A stretch of 64,000 nucleotides of DNA from Escherichia coli. Lineage in GTDB: Bacteria > Pseudomonadota > Gammaproteobacteria > Enterobacterales > Enterobacteriaceae. The notes under the pieces were generated by a model. The model did not search any database and was not told where the DNA came from. It was given only the letters and a program-made list of their open reading frames with translations. The position numbers and the translations under genes are program-made. The stretch lies in NCBI RefSeq assembly GCF_029227855.1, contig NZ_CP074356.1, one strand, 5' to 3'. This document shows positions 30,865 through 43,616 of the stretch, one piece after another. Positions within the stretch are counted from its first letter, which is position 1. Each line of letters starts with the position of its first letter.

Positions 30865-32295
30865 TTACAATAACCATTCCACGGGCAATATCGATGCCAG
30901 TCTGACCATAACCCGCTTCCAGAAACTGGTGGCGGGTTCTTTTTTGAGAACAATTTCTTTCTTTGCATGACGATCAACCCAGTTGATCCGTCCCCACCTG
31001 TCCAGACGGAGCTGCCAGGCCGCATCATACTGGCTCTGAATAAAGCGTTTATCAATTAACTGTGCCAGCGTTTCGCTCTCTATCACGAACCCCATTTCAG
31101 TATTGAGCAATGTCGAACGCGGATCGAAATTGAAAGAGCCGATAAACACCGTTTTACCATCGATGCTAAAGGTTTTAGCATGCAGGCTGGCACCGGAATT
31201 ACCGGTTATGCCGCGATCGTGTAACGTACTACTTTGTTCACGCGTCGGCTTGAGTTCATATAATTCCACGCCGTAGCGGAGCAATTTTTTGCGCCAGCGT
31301 GCGTATCCGGCATGGACGACAGCAACATCGTTAGCGGCAAGAGAATTGGTTAGGATCGCAATCTTTACCCCTTTTCTCACCATCCGTAAGAGTTGCGCCA
31401 CACCTGCGCGTGTCGGTACAAAATAGGAAGAGATAATATCGATGCGTTCACTGGGTGAGCCCATGATATCGAACAGGCGCTGCGGTAACAGTGAATGCCG
31501 TTTTGCCTTGCCTTCCCCTTTCGCCGGATCATCACTTAATAAACGTGTTTTCGCCCAGATAAGCGGCAACGTTCCATCAACCAGATGATTTATAAACGGG
31601 CTGGATTCCATTTTGCGTAAATAACGATGCGTCATGGCATCGTCATGCCAGGAGGCGGGTAACTCGATGCGATCCGCCATTTCACCTTCCGGGACATCCA
31701 GCACCTGCTGTAGGGGTGAAACCGATTTGCAATACCAGTAGCGGGCGAAATCATCGGCAACGTCCTCTACAACTGGTCCTATTGCCATGACATCTAAATC
31801 CGAAAAAAGTGGCTCTTCCCCTGCACCAAAATAGGCATCACCAATATTTCGCCCCCCTACCAGCGTCACCACGCCATCAACAGTGAAACTTTTATTGTGC
31901 ATACGGCGATTGAGACGGGAAAAGTCGGTGATATAACCAAGCGGACGTAGCAAGCGAAACGAGAAAGGATTAAAAAGCCGGACTTCAATGCGGGGATGAC
32001 TGTCAAGCAAGCGTAAAATGTCGTCAAGTCCGGGTGTATTGTTGTCGTCCAGCAACAAACGGACGCGAACGCCACGCTTTGCTGCGGCTAACAGGGCGGA
32101 AAACAGTAACCGACCCGACATATCGTCCTGCCAGATGTAATACTGAACATCCAGCGTATGCTCTGCCATTTCGGCCAGACGATACCGGGCGGCAAACGCA
32201 TCCAGACTTTTCTCCAGAGGGAAAAGGCCACACTGACCGGGATGTTGCGAACACAGTGGCAGCACCGCGCTCGCCAGCCGGGGCAAATCATTCAT
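30865..32295 (-). CDS. clsC: Cardiolipin synthase C (ClsC/YmdC), phospholipase D family
   Basis: ORF 30865..32355; start tentatively at [14 protein letters not shown] (32295, overlapping ymdB stop); upstream in-frame ATGs reach 32355. Confidence 0.85.
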   Translation of the reverse strand: MNDLPRLASAVLPLCSQHPGQCGLFPLEKSLDAFAARYRLAEMAEHTLDVQYYIWQDDMSGRLLFSALLAAAKRGVRVRLLLDDNNTPGLDDILRLLDSHPRIEVRLFNPFSFRLLRPLGYITDFSRLNRRMHNKSFTVDGVVTLVGGRNIGDAYFGAGEEPLFSDLDVMAIGPVVEDVADDFARYWYCKSVSPLQQVLDVPEGEMADRIELPASWHDDAMTHRYLRKMESSPFINHLVDGTLPLIWAKTRLLSDDPAKGEGKAKRHSLLPQRLFDIMGSPSERIDIISSYFVPTRAGVAQLLRMVRKGVKIAILTNSLAANDVAVVHAGYARWRKKLLRYGVELYELKPTREQSSTLHDRGITGNSGASLHAKTFSIDGKTVFIGSFNFDPRSTLLNTEMGFVIESETLAQLIDKRFIQSQYDAAWQLRLDRWGRINWVDRHAKKEIVLKKEPATSFWKRVMVRLASILPVEWLL

Positions 32296-32821
32296 CTCCT
32301 TGTTGGGTAAGGAGTCTTTCGTAGAGGTGGGTGTTTTCTTCATCATAACAGACAAAGTATACCTGTTCGGGTAAAGCGTGACGGGTAATAAATTCTGAAA
32401 CGGTTTTTACTGCGATTTCAGCCGCTGCCGCACGAGGGTAACCATAAACCCCAGTACTGATTGCAGGAAATGCCACTGACGTATAGCTGTTTGCCGCCAC
32501 CAGTCGCAGACTATTGAGATAGGCATCCTGCAAAAGCTGGTCTTCGTTTTGTTCACCACCACGCCAGACTGGCCCGACGGTGTGCACTACGGCTTTAGCG
32601 GGAAGATCGCCTGCAAGCGTAATAACGGCATGCCCCGTAGGGCAATCGCCCTGCTGTTGCCTGACTTTTAAACAGGCATCCAGCAGAGCCGGACCCGCTG
32701 CGCGATGAATGGCCCCATCGACGCCGCCGCCTCCCATTAATGACGGATTAGCCGCATTCACAATCACATCAACGGCCAGTTTGGTAATATCACCCTGCAC
32801 AACATGAATACGCGTTTTCAT
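32288..32821 (-). CDS. ymdB: O-acetyl-ADP-ribose deacetylase YmdB (macrodomain)
   Basis: 177 aa [46 protein letters not shown]. Confidence 0.93.
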   Translation of the reverse strand: MKTRIHVVQGDITKLAVDVIVNAANPSLMGGGGVDGAIHRAAGPALLDACLKVRQQQGDCPTGHAVITLAGDLPAKAVVHTVGPVWRGGEQNEDQLLQDAYLNSLRLVAANSYTSVAFPAISTGVYGYPRAAAAEIAVKTVSEFITRHALPEQVYFVCYDEENTHLYERLLTQQGDE

Positions 32822-32915
32822 AACGCCTCCTTACACCTTCTTGTTTCTTAAGTGTACAGCAGGCTTTTTGGTTAAATCGCATTTTTCTGCTCAGCAAGGT
32901 GAGTTGTTCAGAAAC

Positions 32916-33295
<380 letters not shown>

Positions 33296-33296
33296 C

Positions 33297-33680
<384 letters not shown>

Positions 33681-33692
33681 ATTCTTCTCCCG

Positions 33693-34403
33693 AATAAATA
33701 TCCTCCGGCATAGCCGGAGGTTTTTCAAATGCGCCTATAAGGCTCTCTTACCAGCCGCGCCCTAACAGGCGCACACGATCTGACATTTGCATCCAACTTC
33801 GTTACTTACGGCCCGTAAACGGGCTGCCCGGATAGGGAATCGATAACTGCTCTCCCATTTTATCCTCTTCAAGCTGGTGCTTTATGTAATCCTGTATCTT
33901 CGCCGTGTTCTTACCCACCGTATCGACGTAGTACCCTCTGCACCAGAACTCCCTGTTCCTGTATTTGAATTTCAAATCACCAAACTGCTCGTAAAGCATC
34001 AGACTGCTTTTCCCTTTCAGATATCCCATAAAGCCGGATACGCTCATTTTGGGCGGGATCTCCACAAGCATATGGATATGATCTGCACAGCATTCAGCTT
34101 CCAGAATCCGTACACTTTTCCACTCACACAGCTTTCTCAAAATACTGCCTATTGCTCTACGCTTCTCTCTGTAGAACACCTGTCTTCGGTATTTTGGCGC
34201 AAAAACTATGTGATATTTACAGTTCCATCGGGTGTGCGCTAAGCTCTTTTCGTTCCCCATTGGGACCCCCTTTTGATTTCTTGTTTGACACTTGCAGTTG
34301 CCAGACCGCAAGGTGTTTTAACAAATCAAAAGGGGTTTTAATAACTGGCTTAAAGCTGAAAGCTTTCCGGAACCCCCAGCCTAGCTGGGGGTTTTCTGTG
34401 CAC
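33693..34403 (-). mobile_element. IS200-type insertion sequence (IS200/IS605 family), about 0.7 kb, between the csgA terminator and the csgC RBS
   Basis: Y1/HUH transposase ORF flanked by subterminal hairpins (CCCCCAGC-TA-GCTGGGGG at 34372..34391; CCTCCGGC-ATA-GCCGGAGG at 33702..33720); the csgA-csgC spacer is about 770 bp here against a few tens of bp remembered for K-12. Boundaries are approximate. Confidence 0.8.
33802..34260 (-). CDS. tnpA: IS200 transposase TnpA (Y1 HUH single-strand transposase)
   Basis: ORF 33802..34311; start placed at MGNEKSLAHTRWNCKYHIVFAPKYRR (152 aa); HIHMLV HUH motif. Confidence 0.9.
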   Translation of the reverse strand: MGNEKSLAHTRWNCKYHIVFAPKYRRQVFYREKRRAIGSILRKLCEWKSVRILEAECCADHIHMLVEIPPKMSVSGFMGYLKGKSSLMLYEQFGDLKFKYRNREFWCRGYYVDTVGKNTAKIQDYIKHQLEEDKMGEQLSIPYPGSPFTGRK

Positions 34404-34429
34404 AAAAAAAACAGGGCTTGCGCCCTGTT
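34404..34429 (-). terminator. Rho-independent terminator of csgBA
   Basis: Reverse strand AACAGGGC-GCAA-GCCCTGTT followed by TTTTTTTT, 20 nt after the csgA stop. Confidence 0.85.
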
Positions 34430-34448
34430 TCTTTAATACAGATGTGAA

Positions 34449-34904
34449 TTAGTACTGATGAGCGGTCGCGTTGTTACCAAAGCCAACCTGAGTGACGTTA
34501 ACGCTGGAGTTAGATGCAGTCTGGTCAACAGCAGCACCGTTACCGCCACCGAACTGTTTAACAGTCATAGTAGAATCTTTACCATTCCACTGATCAAGAG
34601 TAGCGCTGTTGCCGAAACCACGCTGAGTCAGATCGATTGAGCTGTCATCAGAACCTTGGCCAACATCTGCGCCGTTACCGCCGCCGTGCTGGGTAATGGT
34701 CAGATCAGAGTTACGGGCGTCAGCTTGCAGAGCAAGTGCAGAGTTACCGCCACCGTACTGGTAAATGTTCAGCTCTGAATTTGGGCCGCTATTATTACCG
34801 CCACCACCGTGGTTACCGCCGCCGCCGTACTGAGGAACAACACCTGCCAGAGCGCTACCGGAGAATACGATTGCTGCAATTGCTGCTACTTTTAAAAGTT
34901 TCAT
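34449..34904 (-). CDS. csgA: Major curlin subunit CsgA
   Basis: 151 aa ORF, MKLLKVAAIAAIVFSGSALAGVVPQYGGGGNHGGGGNNSGPNSEL with imperfect S-x5-Q-x-G-x-G-N-x-A repeats. Confidence 0.96.
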   Translation of the reverse strand: MKLLKVAAIAAIVFSGSALAGVVPQYGGGGNHGGGGNNSGPNSELNIYQYGGGNSALALQADARNSDLTITQHGGGNGADVGQGSDDSSIDLTQRGFGNSATLDQWNGKDSTMTVKQFGGGNGAAVDQTASNSSVNVTQVGFGNNATAHQY

Positions 34905-34944
34905 GTAAAACCCCCATCGGATTGATTTAAAAGTCGAATAGTAA

Positions 34945-35400
34945 TTAACGTTGTGTCACGCGAATTGCCATTTGCGACTGTCTCTGCACTACAATTGCCG
35001 TTTTTTGAGTACCATACTGTGTAATATTTGCTTTATTACCAGAACCTTTCTGGATAATCATCGCAGTATTACCATAAGCACCTTGCGAAATACTGGCATC
35101 GTTGGCACTGCCCGCCTGATCAATATATGCAAGGTTATAATCTCCTGTCTGATCAATCTTTGCCCGGTTGCTACTACCTTCTTGCGCAACAACCGCCAAA
35201 AGTTTTGAGCCTCCCTGCCGTAACTGAGCACTATTATTAGTCCCAGCTTGACCAATTATGGCTGCCTGATTAAATGAAGACTTACTCAATTCATTTACCG
35301 CGAAGTTATATTCTGAATTAGCTAAATCATAACCTGCTGCGGCTGCAATCCCAGGCGCACCCAGTATTGTTAACATCATAAATAACAATTTGTTTTTCAT
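34945..35400 (-). CDS. csgB: Minor curlin nucleator subunit CsgB
   Basis: ORF 34945..35427; start placed at MKNKLLFMMLTILGAPGIAAA (151 aa). Confidence 0.94.
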   Translation of the reverse strand: MKNKLLFMMLTILGAPGIAAAAGYDLANSEYNFAVNELSKSSFNQAAIIGQAGTNNSAQLRQGGSKLLAVVAQEGSSNRAKIDQTGDYNLAYIDQAGSANDASISQGAYGNTAMIIQKGSGNKANITQYGTQKTAIVVQRQSQMAIRVTQR

Positions 35401-36155
35401 GTTGTCACCCTGGACCTGGTCGTACATTTAAGAAATTAAATCATTTCAACTTGGTTGTTAACGCAACATGTATTTTGTTAACGCTGCGTTACGATGGAAA
35501 GTATGTCTGCGGAAATATTTTTAATAACTCACCCGCGCGTTGTATTTTTCTTTTTTTGTTCATACCAAAGTATTAAAACCCACGTAAATACGCTGTTATC
35601 TACGCAAAAAAAAATATTTTGTTTTCTTTTAAATCTCCGTTTTCCGCAATCAAAAATCACCAGACAGCCATTCTTCTTGCCCGTCGCTGATTGCTGCGAT
35701 ATGTCTTGCGCACAAGCCGTGACAAACCTCGTCTTTTTGCAGTAAAAAATTGTCCACGGAGGTGTGAAGAAAAAACAACAACGTTTTACATGACGAAAGG
35801 ACTACACCGAAATATTTTTTATATGCATTATTAGTAAGTTAGCACCATTTGTATGATTTTTTAAAATTGTGCAATAAAAACCAAATGTACAACTTTTCTA
35901 TCATTTCTAACTTAACAAAACCTTAAGATTAACATTTTAATATAACGAGTTACATTTAGTTACATGTTTAACACTTGATTTAAGATTTGTAATGGCTAGA
36001 TTGAAATCAGATGTAATCCATTAGTTTTATATTTTACCCATTTAGGGCTGATTTATTACTACACACAGCAGTGCAACATCTGTCAGTACTTCTGGTGCTT
36101 CTATTTTAGAGGCAGCTGTCAGGTGTGCGATCAATAAAAAAAGCGGGGTTTCATC
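35401..36155. promoter_or_regulatory. Divergent csgBAC / csgDEFG regulatory region
   Basis: 755-bp AT-rich spacer between csgB and csgD starts, the known multi-factor curli control region. Confidence 0.8.
35960..35985. promoter_or_regulatory. OmpR binding site upstream of csgD
   Basis: GTTACATTTAGTTACATGTTTAACAC, direct GTTACAT repeats matching the known csgD OmpR site. Confidence 0.7.
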
Positions 36156-36806
<651 letters not shown>

Positions 36807-36810
36807 AGCC

Positions 36811-37200
36811 ATGAAACGTTATTTACGCTGGATTGTGGCGGCAGAATTTCTGTTCGCCGCAGGGAATCTTCACGCCGTTGAGGTAGAAGTCCCGGGATTG
36901 TTAACTGACCATACTGTTTCATCTATTGGCCATGATTTTTACCGAGCCTTTAGTGATAAATGGGAAAGTGACTATACGGGTAACTTAACGATTAATGAAA
37001 GGCCCAGTGCACGATGGGGAAGCTGGATCACTATAACGGTCAATCAGGACGTTATTTTCCAGACTTTTTTATTCCCGTTGAAAAGAGACTTCGAAAAAAC
37101 TGTCGTCTTTGCACTGATTCAAACTGAAGAAGCACTAAATCGTCGCCAGATAAATCAGGCGTTATTAAGTACGGGCGATTTGGCGCATGATGAATTTTAA
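36811..37200 (+). CDS. csgE: Curli secretion specificity factor CsgE
   Basis: 129 aa [39 protein letters not shown]. Confidence 0.95.
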
Positions 37201-37224
37201 ATAAAAAATTGTTCGGAGGCTGCA

Positions 37225-37641
37225 ATGCGTGTCAAACATGCAGTAGTTCTACTCATGCTTATTTCGCCTTTAAGTTGGGCTGGAACCATGACTTTCCAGT
37301 TCCGTAATCCAAACTTTGGTGGCAACCCAAATAATGGCGCTTTTTTATTAAATAGCGCCCAGGCACAAAACTCGTATAAAGATCCGAGCTATAACGATGA
37401 CTTTGGTATTGAAACGCCCTCAGCGTTAGATAACTTTACTCAGGCCATCCAGTCACAAATTTTAGGTGGGCTACTGTCGAATATTAATACCGGTAAACCG
37501 GGCCGCATGGTGACCAACGATTATATTGTTGATATTGCTAACCGCGATGGTCAATTGCAGTTGAACGTGACAGATCGTAAAACCGGACAAACCTCGACCA
37601 TCCAGGTTTCGGGTTTACAAAATAACTCAACCGATTTTTAA
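37225..37641 (+). CDS. csgF: Curli assembly component CsgF
   Basis: 138 aa [43 protein letters not shown]. Confidence 0.95.
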
Positions 37642-37667
37642 GCCCCAGCTTCATAAGGAAAATAATC

Positions 37668-38501
37668 ATGCAGCGCTTATTTCTTTTGGTTGCCGTCATG
37701 TTACTGAGCGGATGCTTAACCGCCCCGCCTAAAGAAGCCGCCAGACCGACATTAATGCCTCGTGCTCAGAGCTACAAAGATTTGACCCATCTGCCAGCGC
37801 CGACGGGTAAGATCTTTGTTTCGGTATACAACATTCAGGACGAAACCGGGCAATTTAAACCTTACCCGGCAAGTAACTTCTCCACTGCTGTTCCGCAAAG
37901 CGCCACGGCAATGCTGGTCACGGCATTGAAAGATTCTCGCTGGTTTATACCGCTGGAGCGCCAGGGCTTACAAAACCTGCTTAACGAGCGCAAGATTATT
38001 CGTGCGGCACAAGAAAACGGCACGGTTGCCATTAATAACCGAATCCCGCTGCAATCTTTAACGGCGGCAAATATCATGGTTGAAGGTTCGATTATCGGTT
38101 ATGAAAGCAACGTTAAATCGGGCGGTGTTGGGGCAAGATATTTTGGGATCGGTGCAGACACGCAATACCAGCTTGATCAGATTGCCGTGAACCTGCGTGT
38201 CGTCAATGTGAGTACCGGTGAGATCCTCTCCTCGGTGAACACCAGTAAGACGATACTTTCCTATGAAGTTCAGGCGGGGGTCTTCCGCTTTATTGACTAC
38301 CAGCGCTTGCTGGAAGGGGAAGTGGGTTACACCTCGAACGAACCCGTGATGCTGTGCCTGATGTCGGCTATCGAAACAGGCGTCATTTTCCTGATTAATG
38401 ATGGTATCGACCGCGGTCTTTGGGATTTGCAAAATAAAGCAGAACGGCAGAATGACATTCTGGTGAAATACCGCCATATGTCGGTTCCACCGGAATCCTG
38501 A
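37668..38501 (+). CDS. csgG: Curli secretion channel lipoprotein CsgG
   Basis: 277 aa ORF, MQRLFLLVAVMLLSGCLTAPPKEAARPTLMPRAQSYKDL (lipobox LSGC). Confidence 0.96.
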   Translation: MQRLFLLVAVMLLSGCLTAPPKEAARPTLMPRAQSYKDLTHLPAPTGKIFVSVYNIQDETGQFKPYPASNFSTAVPQSATAMLVTALKDSRWFIPLERQGLQNLLNERKIIRAAQENGTVAINNRIPLQSLTAANIMVEGSIIGYESNVKSGGVGARYFGIGADTQYQLDQIAVNLRVVNVSTGEILSSVNTSKTILSYEVQAGVFRFIDYQRLLEGEVGYTSNEPVMLCLMSAIETGVIFLINDGIDRGLWDLQNKAERQNDILVKYRHMSVPPES

Positions 38502-38509
38502 TAGATAAA

Positions 38510-38539
38510 AATGCCGGAATTAATAATCCGGCATTTTAC
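38510..38539. terminator. Hairpin between convergent csgG and ycdZ
   Basis: ATGCCGGA-ATTAATAA-TCCGGCAT inverted repeat with flanking A/T runs. Confidence 0.65.
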
Positions 38540-38565
38540 TGTTTAAGCGAAAGCGTGAGTGCCCC

Positions 38566-39057
38566 TCACGCTTTATTTTTGATTTGCTGCTCACGGTGAG
38601 CGGTCTTCGTACTACGCGCCGCCAGCCACAGGCCGCTGTTTTTCATTGCGTAACCAAATATCAACCCGAGCGCCAGCGAAGGTAACACCAGTTTCCAGTC
38701 ACCCTGCCCGGCAAACGTCGCGCATGCGCCTATAAACGTCCCCGGAACAAATGAAAGCAGCAGCTGTTTGGCCTGAATACACATCAGAAACGCGACAATA
38801 CCGGTTATGACATAACCGAGAATTTCCAGATGTGGTGCCAGTGCACTACCGTAAATAATGACCATCGCCCACACCACGCCACTAAGCAGGGTTGCAGCGG
38901 AGATCGCCAGCCCTTTCAGCCCACCTTGCGGGCAGGCAAAGTAGGCCGTACAGCCCAGGAAGCCCGCCCAGCTTAGTAAGCCCAGGGAAACAGCCACCCA
39001 TCCCCAGATACCGGAGAGAATGCCTGTTGTGATTGCAATAGAGAGAAGTATGTTCAT
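38566..39057 (-). CDS. ycdZ: DUF1097 inner-membrane protein YcdZ
   Basis: ORF 38566..39105; start placed at MNILLSIAITTGILSGIWGWVAV (163 aa). Confidence 0.85.
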   Translation of the reverse strand: MNILLSIAITTGILSGIWGWVAVSLGLLSWAGFLGCTAYFACPQGGLKGLAISAATLLSGVVWAMVIIYGSALAPHLEILGYVITGIVAFLMCIQAKQLLLSFVPGTFIGACATFAGQGDWKLVLPSLALGLIFGYAMKNSGLWLAARSTKTAHREQQIKNKA

Positions 39058-39158
39058 GCCGCGCATGATAGCAGAAAACGCGGCCATGAATGAGATCGAG
39101 CACACATTTTATGCAACAACAAATTATCTGTTGCAGTTATGAGTGATGCAGATCACAT

Positions 39159-39713
39159 TTACTCTTCAGAATCTTCTTCCAGCTCGTCCCACATTGCACT
39201 AATAGCATCGCGGGTTAGCGGTGCCATGGTGCGCCAAAAAGGCGTAGTTGCATGGGCCTCCACTTTACCAAGGAACGCACCACACCAGGGTAACAGATAC
39301 TCACTGAACAGTGTTTCCAGTGCTTCGCTCTCATCTTCCGTTGACTGATCTTCCAGCCAGGAAGCCGCGAGCAGCAATGTGCCGATGTGATCGGCTGGCG
39401 TATCCGCTAATGGCATCCCCCGTTCGGAAAGAAAAGCGCGCACTTCCGCTTCCGTCGCGCCCTCAACCCATGCGCTACGATATGGCGGCACAGCACATTC
39501 ATTGCCGATAAACAACGCATTGTAATCGGCAGAGACTTGCGTCATATCACAGCTTTTCTGCAAACGTGTCAGCAACTCATCCTGCTCCAGTGGCCAGTTC
39601 GCAGCCAGTTTCCCCTCACGAATCAGGGTAAACAGCGGCACCAGTAAAGGATCTTGTGGTTGGCGGTAATAGAGCGAACCCAGCACACGACAGAGGATAG
39701 AAAACTCGTTCAT
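39159..39713 (-). CDS. ycdY: TorD-family redox enzyme maturation chaperone YcdY
   Basis: 184 aa ORF, MNEFSILCRVLGSLYYRQPQDPLLVPLFTLIREGKL. Confidence 0.92.
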   Translation of the reverse strand: MNEFSILCRVLGSLYYRQPQDPLLVPLFTLIREGKLAANWPLEQDELLTRLQKSCDMTQVSADYNALFIGNECAVPPYRSAWVEGATEAEVRAFLSERGMPLADTPADHIGTLLLAASWLEDQSTEDESEALETLFSEYLLPWCGAFLGKVEAHATTPFWRTMAPLTRDAISAMWDELEEDSEE

Positions 39714-39736
39714 TAATATATTTCCATTACTAGTAA

Positions 39737-40474
39737 TTAAAGGTCTGCAAATTCCGCAATCGGTGCCATACCGCGAGATTCAAGGAAGTTCAGTAAGCGG
39801 CGCGGAGAAACATTCAAAATGCGCTCTGGCGGAAAATCTACCGCGTCGAGGATTTTAAGACACTCTTCAAATTCACCCATGGTAAACGCGGTGTGAGAAT
39901 CCGAGCCTAATGCCACCCAACCTCCAGCGTCACGTACTGCTGCGGCTACCGCACGACAATTGTCTTCACTTCCCTTACGTGAGTGTAAAAAAGAGGAATT
40001 ATTGATTTCCAGCGCCACCTGATGTTTCGCGGCTGCTTCAGCAACGGCTTTAACATCTATTTCATATTTCGGATTTCCGGGATGGCTTATTATATGCACA
40101 TTGCCGCTGGCGATAGTGGCGATCATCGCTTGCGTATTGGTCGCTTTGTCATGCGGCGCAAACACCGGCTCATGAAAACCGGCAATAATCAGATCCAGCG
40201 AATCAAACATTTTGCCACTGCAGTCAATTTCACCGTCAACATTTTTAATGTTAGCTTCGATGCCGCGCAGGATCCCAACCCCATCAACCACTCGCGGCCA
40301 GATACGCATGTTAATGAAGTGCCAGTGATGCGGCGCATCTTCCATATCCGGGCCATGATCGGTGATCGCAAAAAGTTTAATGCCCTTTTGTTTGGCCTGG
40401 GCAATGTAATCACTCAATGTGCTATATGCATGCGTGCTGGCAACGGTATGCATATGAAGGTCGACGGGATACAT
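39737..40474 (-). CDS. ycdX: PHP-family zinc-dependent phosphatase YcdX
   Basis: 245 aa [47 protein letters not shown] (PHP HxH motifs). Confidence 0.93.
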
Positions 40475-40528
40475 AACTCTCTCCTGTATTCAATTCCCGC
40501 CAAGGATAGCAGGAATCCTGATGCTTTA

Positions 40529-41506
<978 letters not shown>

Positions 41507-41700
41507 TTATCGTTATGATCTACAAAAGCCACCAGCATAACAAATCCGTGGTCGGTGGCAAAAAAAGCAGATTTCGCTTATTAAAACTGCATATTGATTG
41601 AAGTTTGAATAAACGCGCGATTTTTTAAAAAAGTTTGTTGACCTCAGGTCATGATTTCCCTAAATTAGCGCCCGTTCCAGCAAGACAGGAACAACAATTT

Positions 41701-41788
41701 GGTGAGGTGTCCGAGTGGCTGAAGGAGCACGCCTGGAAAGTGTGTATACGGCAACGTATCGGGGGTTCGAATCCCCCCCTCACCGCCA
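41701..41788 (+). tRNA. serX: tRNA-Ser (anticodon GGA), serX-type
   Basis: 88-nt GGTGAGGTGTCCGAGTGGCTGAAGGAGCACGCCTGGAAAGTG...GGTTCGAATCCCCCCCTCACCGCCA; long variable arm, encoded CCA; terminator follows. Confidence 0.93.
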
Positions 41789-41799
41789 TATTTAAAGAA

Positions 41800-41830
41800 G
41801 AGCTCGTACGAAAGTACGAGCTTTTTTTTT
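41800..41830 (+). terminator. Rho-independent terminator after serX
   Basis: GAGCTCGTAC-GAAA-GTACGAGCT followed by TTTTTTTTT. Confidence 0.85.
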
Positions 41831-41893
41831 CGTATATTGCATAGACCGGGGGGATGAGAAGCCCCAGGCGGAGGTCGACAACTAGCGACAGAC

Positions 41894-43261
41894 TCATTCA
41901 TCATCCTTGCGGTTGATAAGAATTTCTGCCTCTTTTACTACCACCTTATTACGCCCGGTCTCTTTCGCCTCGTAAAGTGCGTTATCAGCCAGTTGATAGA
42001 TCTCCTTAGGGTTTAACTCATTTTTCTGCGTTACAACAGCGCCAATACTAATCGTCACTTTTTGTGGTATGGCGTATTCAGGATTATCACCAGTTAAACG
42101 CTCAACATTTTCCCGAATCCTTTCCGCTAAAGCTTTCGCACGTTCAGTATCGATGTCCGTCAGCAAGACGCCAAACTCTTCGCCGCCGACGCGCGCAAAA
42201 AGGTCATCTGGCCGTATGCTTTTCCCAATGATACTCACCACTGTTTTTATCACCTGATCGCCAACCGGATGCCCCCAGGTGTCGTTGACTTTTTTGAAGT
42301 GGTCGATATCCATAATCATGACGCAATAAGGCGTTTTTTTGGCCGATGCTGATTGAACTGTCAGTTCATTAAAAAAATAATTTCTGTTAAATATATTGGT
42401 TAAGGAATCGCGATGTGCAATGTCCTTTGTTACTCGTAGCGCACTGAATATATGGCACATAAATATTACCATAACGGTTAACTTACTGACTACTTCAATA
42501 GTGCGACTAATATACCAAATGGACACGCTATACCTGCTCATAAATAAAAGAGAGACATTGTACAGTACGGCACAAAAAGCAATCACCGTCACTCCATTCC
42601 AGATATCACAGCGTAAACCATTAAAGTATAGATTAACTGAAAGCAAGGTTAACCACATGAAAATCATTATGGTAACATATGATGTTTTCCAAACCACCTG
42701 ATCATTTTCATTGGTTAACTCGGCAATGTGTAAATTGTAGCTCTCATAATGACTAGAAAGTATGTGAGCAACTATCGGCCCCCCAACAACAAAAAACAAA
42801 CTTATGCACAAAGTCATTTTTTTAGAAAATAAATTGCGCTGTTTTGTGTTTTCACTAACTTTATTCACCAATGCCAGAAATATTAATATGCACAAACTCA
42901 TCTGACGAAACAAATAATAGATTGCAATGTCATTTTGAACAACACTGCTTGTCAAACGCCCCTCAATAATTTGCTGAATGATAATGACGGTTTTAACAAA
43001 GTAAATCAAACAACTCAGAAAAGCCAAACTAAGTATACAGTTTGAAAATTGCCTACGGTCATAAATGAAATACAACTGCATAAAAATAAATGCAACAGTA
43101 TCGATAAAAAATAAAGCAATCATTACCATCAGATAGGTTGATCGTGGAACAACTTCCTCAACGCCTGGCTGATTAAACCAACTATTCACCAAAACCAAAG
43201 CAAGCCCAAACAATAAGCTCACTAATACAGTACTACTAATTCTCAAATAGTCTTTTTCCAT
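41894..43261 (-). CDS. dgcT: Diguanylate cyclase DgcT (YcdT), membrane sensor with GGDEF domain
   Basis: ORF 41894..43384; start placed at MEKDYLRISSTVLVSLLFGLALVL; GGEEF active-site motif (RVGGEEFGVLL). Confidence 0.9.
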   Translation of the reverse strand: MEKDYLRISSTVLVSLLFGLALVLVNSWFNQPGVEEVVPRSTYLMVMIALFFIDTVAFIFMQLYFIYDRRQFSNCILSLAFLSCLIYFVKTVIIIQQIIEGRLTSSVVQNDIAIYYLFRQMSLCILIFLALVNKVSENTKQRNLFSKKMTLCISLFFVVGGPIVAHILSSHYESYNLHIAELTNENDQVVWKTSYVTIMIFMWLTLLSVNLYFNGLRCDIWNGVTVIAFCAVLYNVSLLFMSRYSVSIWYISRTIEVVSKLTVMVIFMCHIFSALRVTKDIAHRDSLTNIFNRNYFFNELTVQSASAKKTPYCVMIMDIDHFKKVNDTWGHPVGDQVIKTVVSIIGKSIRPDDLFARVGGEEFGVLLTDIDTERAKALAERIRENVERLTGDNPEYAIPQKVTISIGAVVTQKNELNPKEIYQLADNALYEAKETGRNKVVVKEAEILINRKDDE

Positions 43262-43616
43262 AAAGCTACACCAATCTGTAGGTTGTAGATCCCTTTCTAT
43301 TATTAATAGATATAAGAACTGTACTGTTGTCAATATGAAATTCCGCCCACAAACAATACCAATGATGATAGTTGCATACCGCAATTATTATTGCCTTAGT
43401 GCTTTATACATTCTTCGCGACAAGACAGGCTTGCAAATACATATAAATGGTTATAAGGAAATCCTTATAAAACATTAATTCATAGATATATTAGGAATAA
43501 CAATTGAATCCGTGAGTACAGTAACGCTGCACTTCATCAGGACTTTCGAAAAATCGATATCATGCATCGGAATTTACTGATTTAATTATTTTAATCCTAA
43601 TTTATTTTGAAAAAGG

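Noticed and set aside
34449-34904. Imperfect tandem repeats in csgA that could be mistaken for a DNA repeat array or CRISPR
   Set aside because: The periodicity is in-frame and encodes the five curlin amyloid repeat units; there are no identical direct repeats with unique spacers anywhere in the window, so no CRISPR array is present.
41789-43384. Possible genomic island or prophage integrated at the serX tRNA
   Set aside because: No integrase, repeat of the tRNA 3' end, or foreign-looking cargo follows the tRNA; the next gene is the chromosomal diguanylate cyclase dgcT, followed by pgaABCD.
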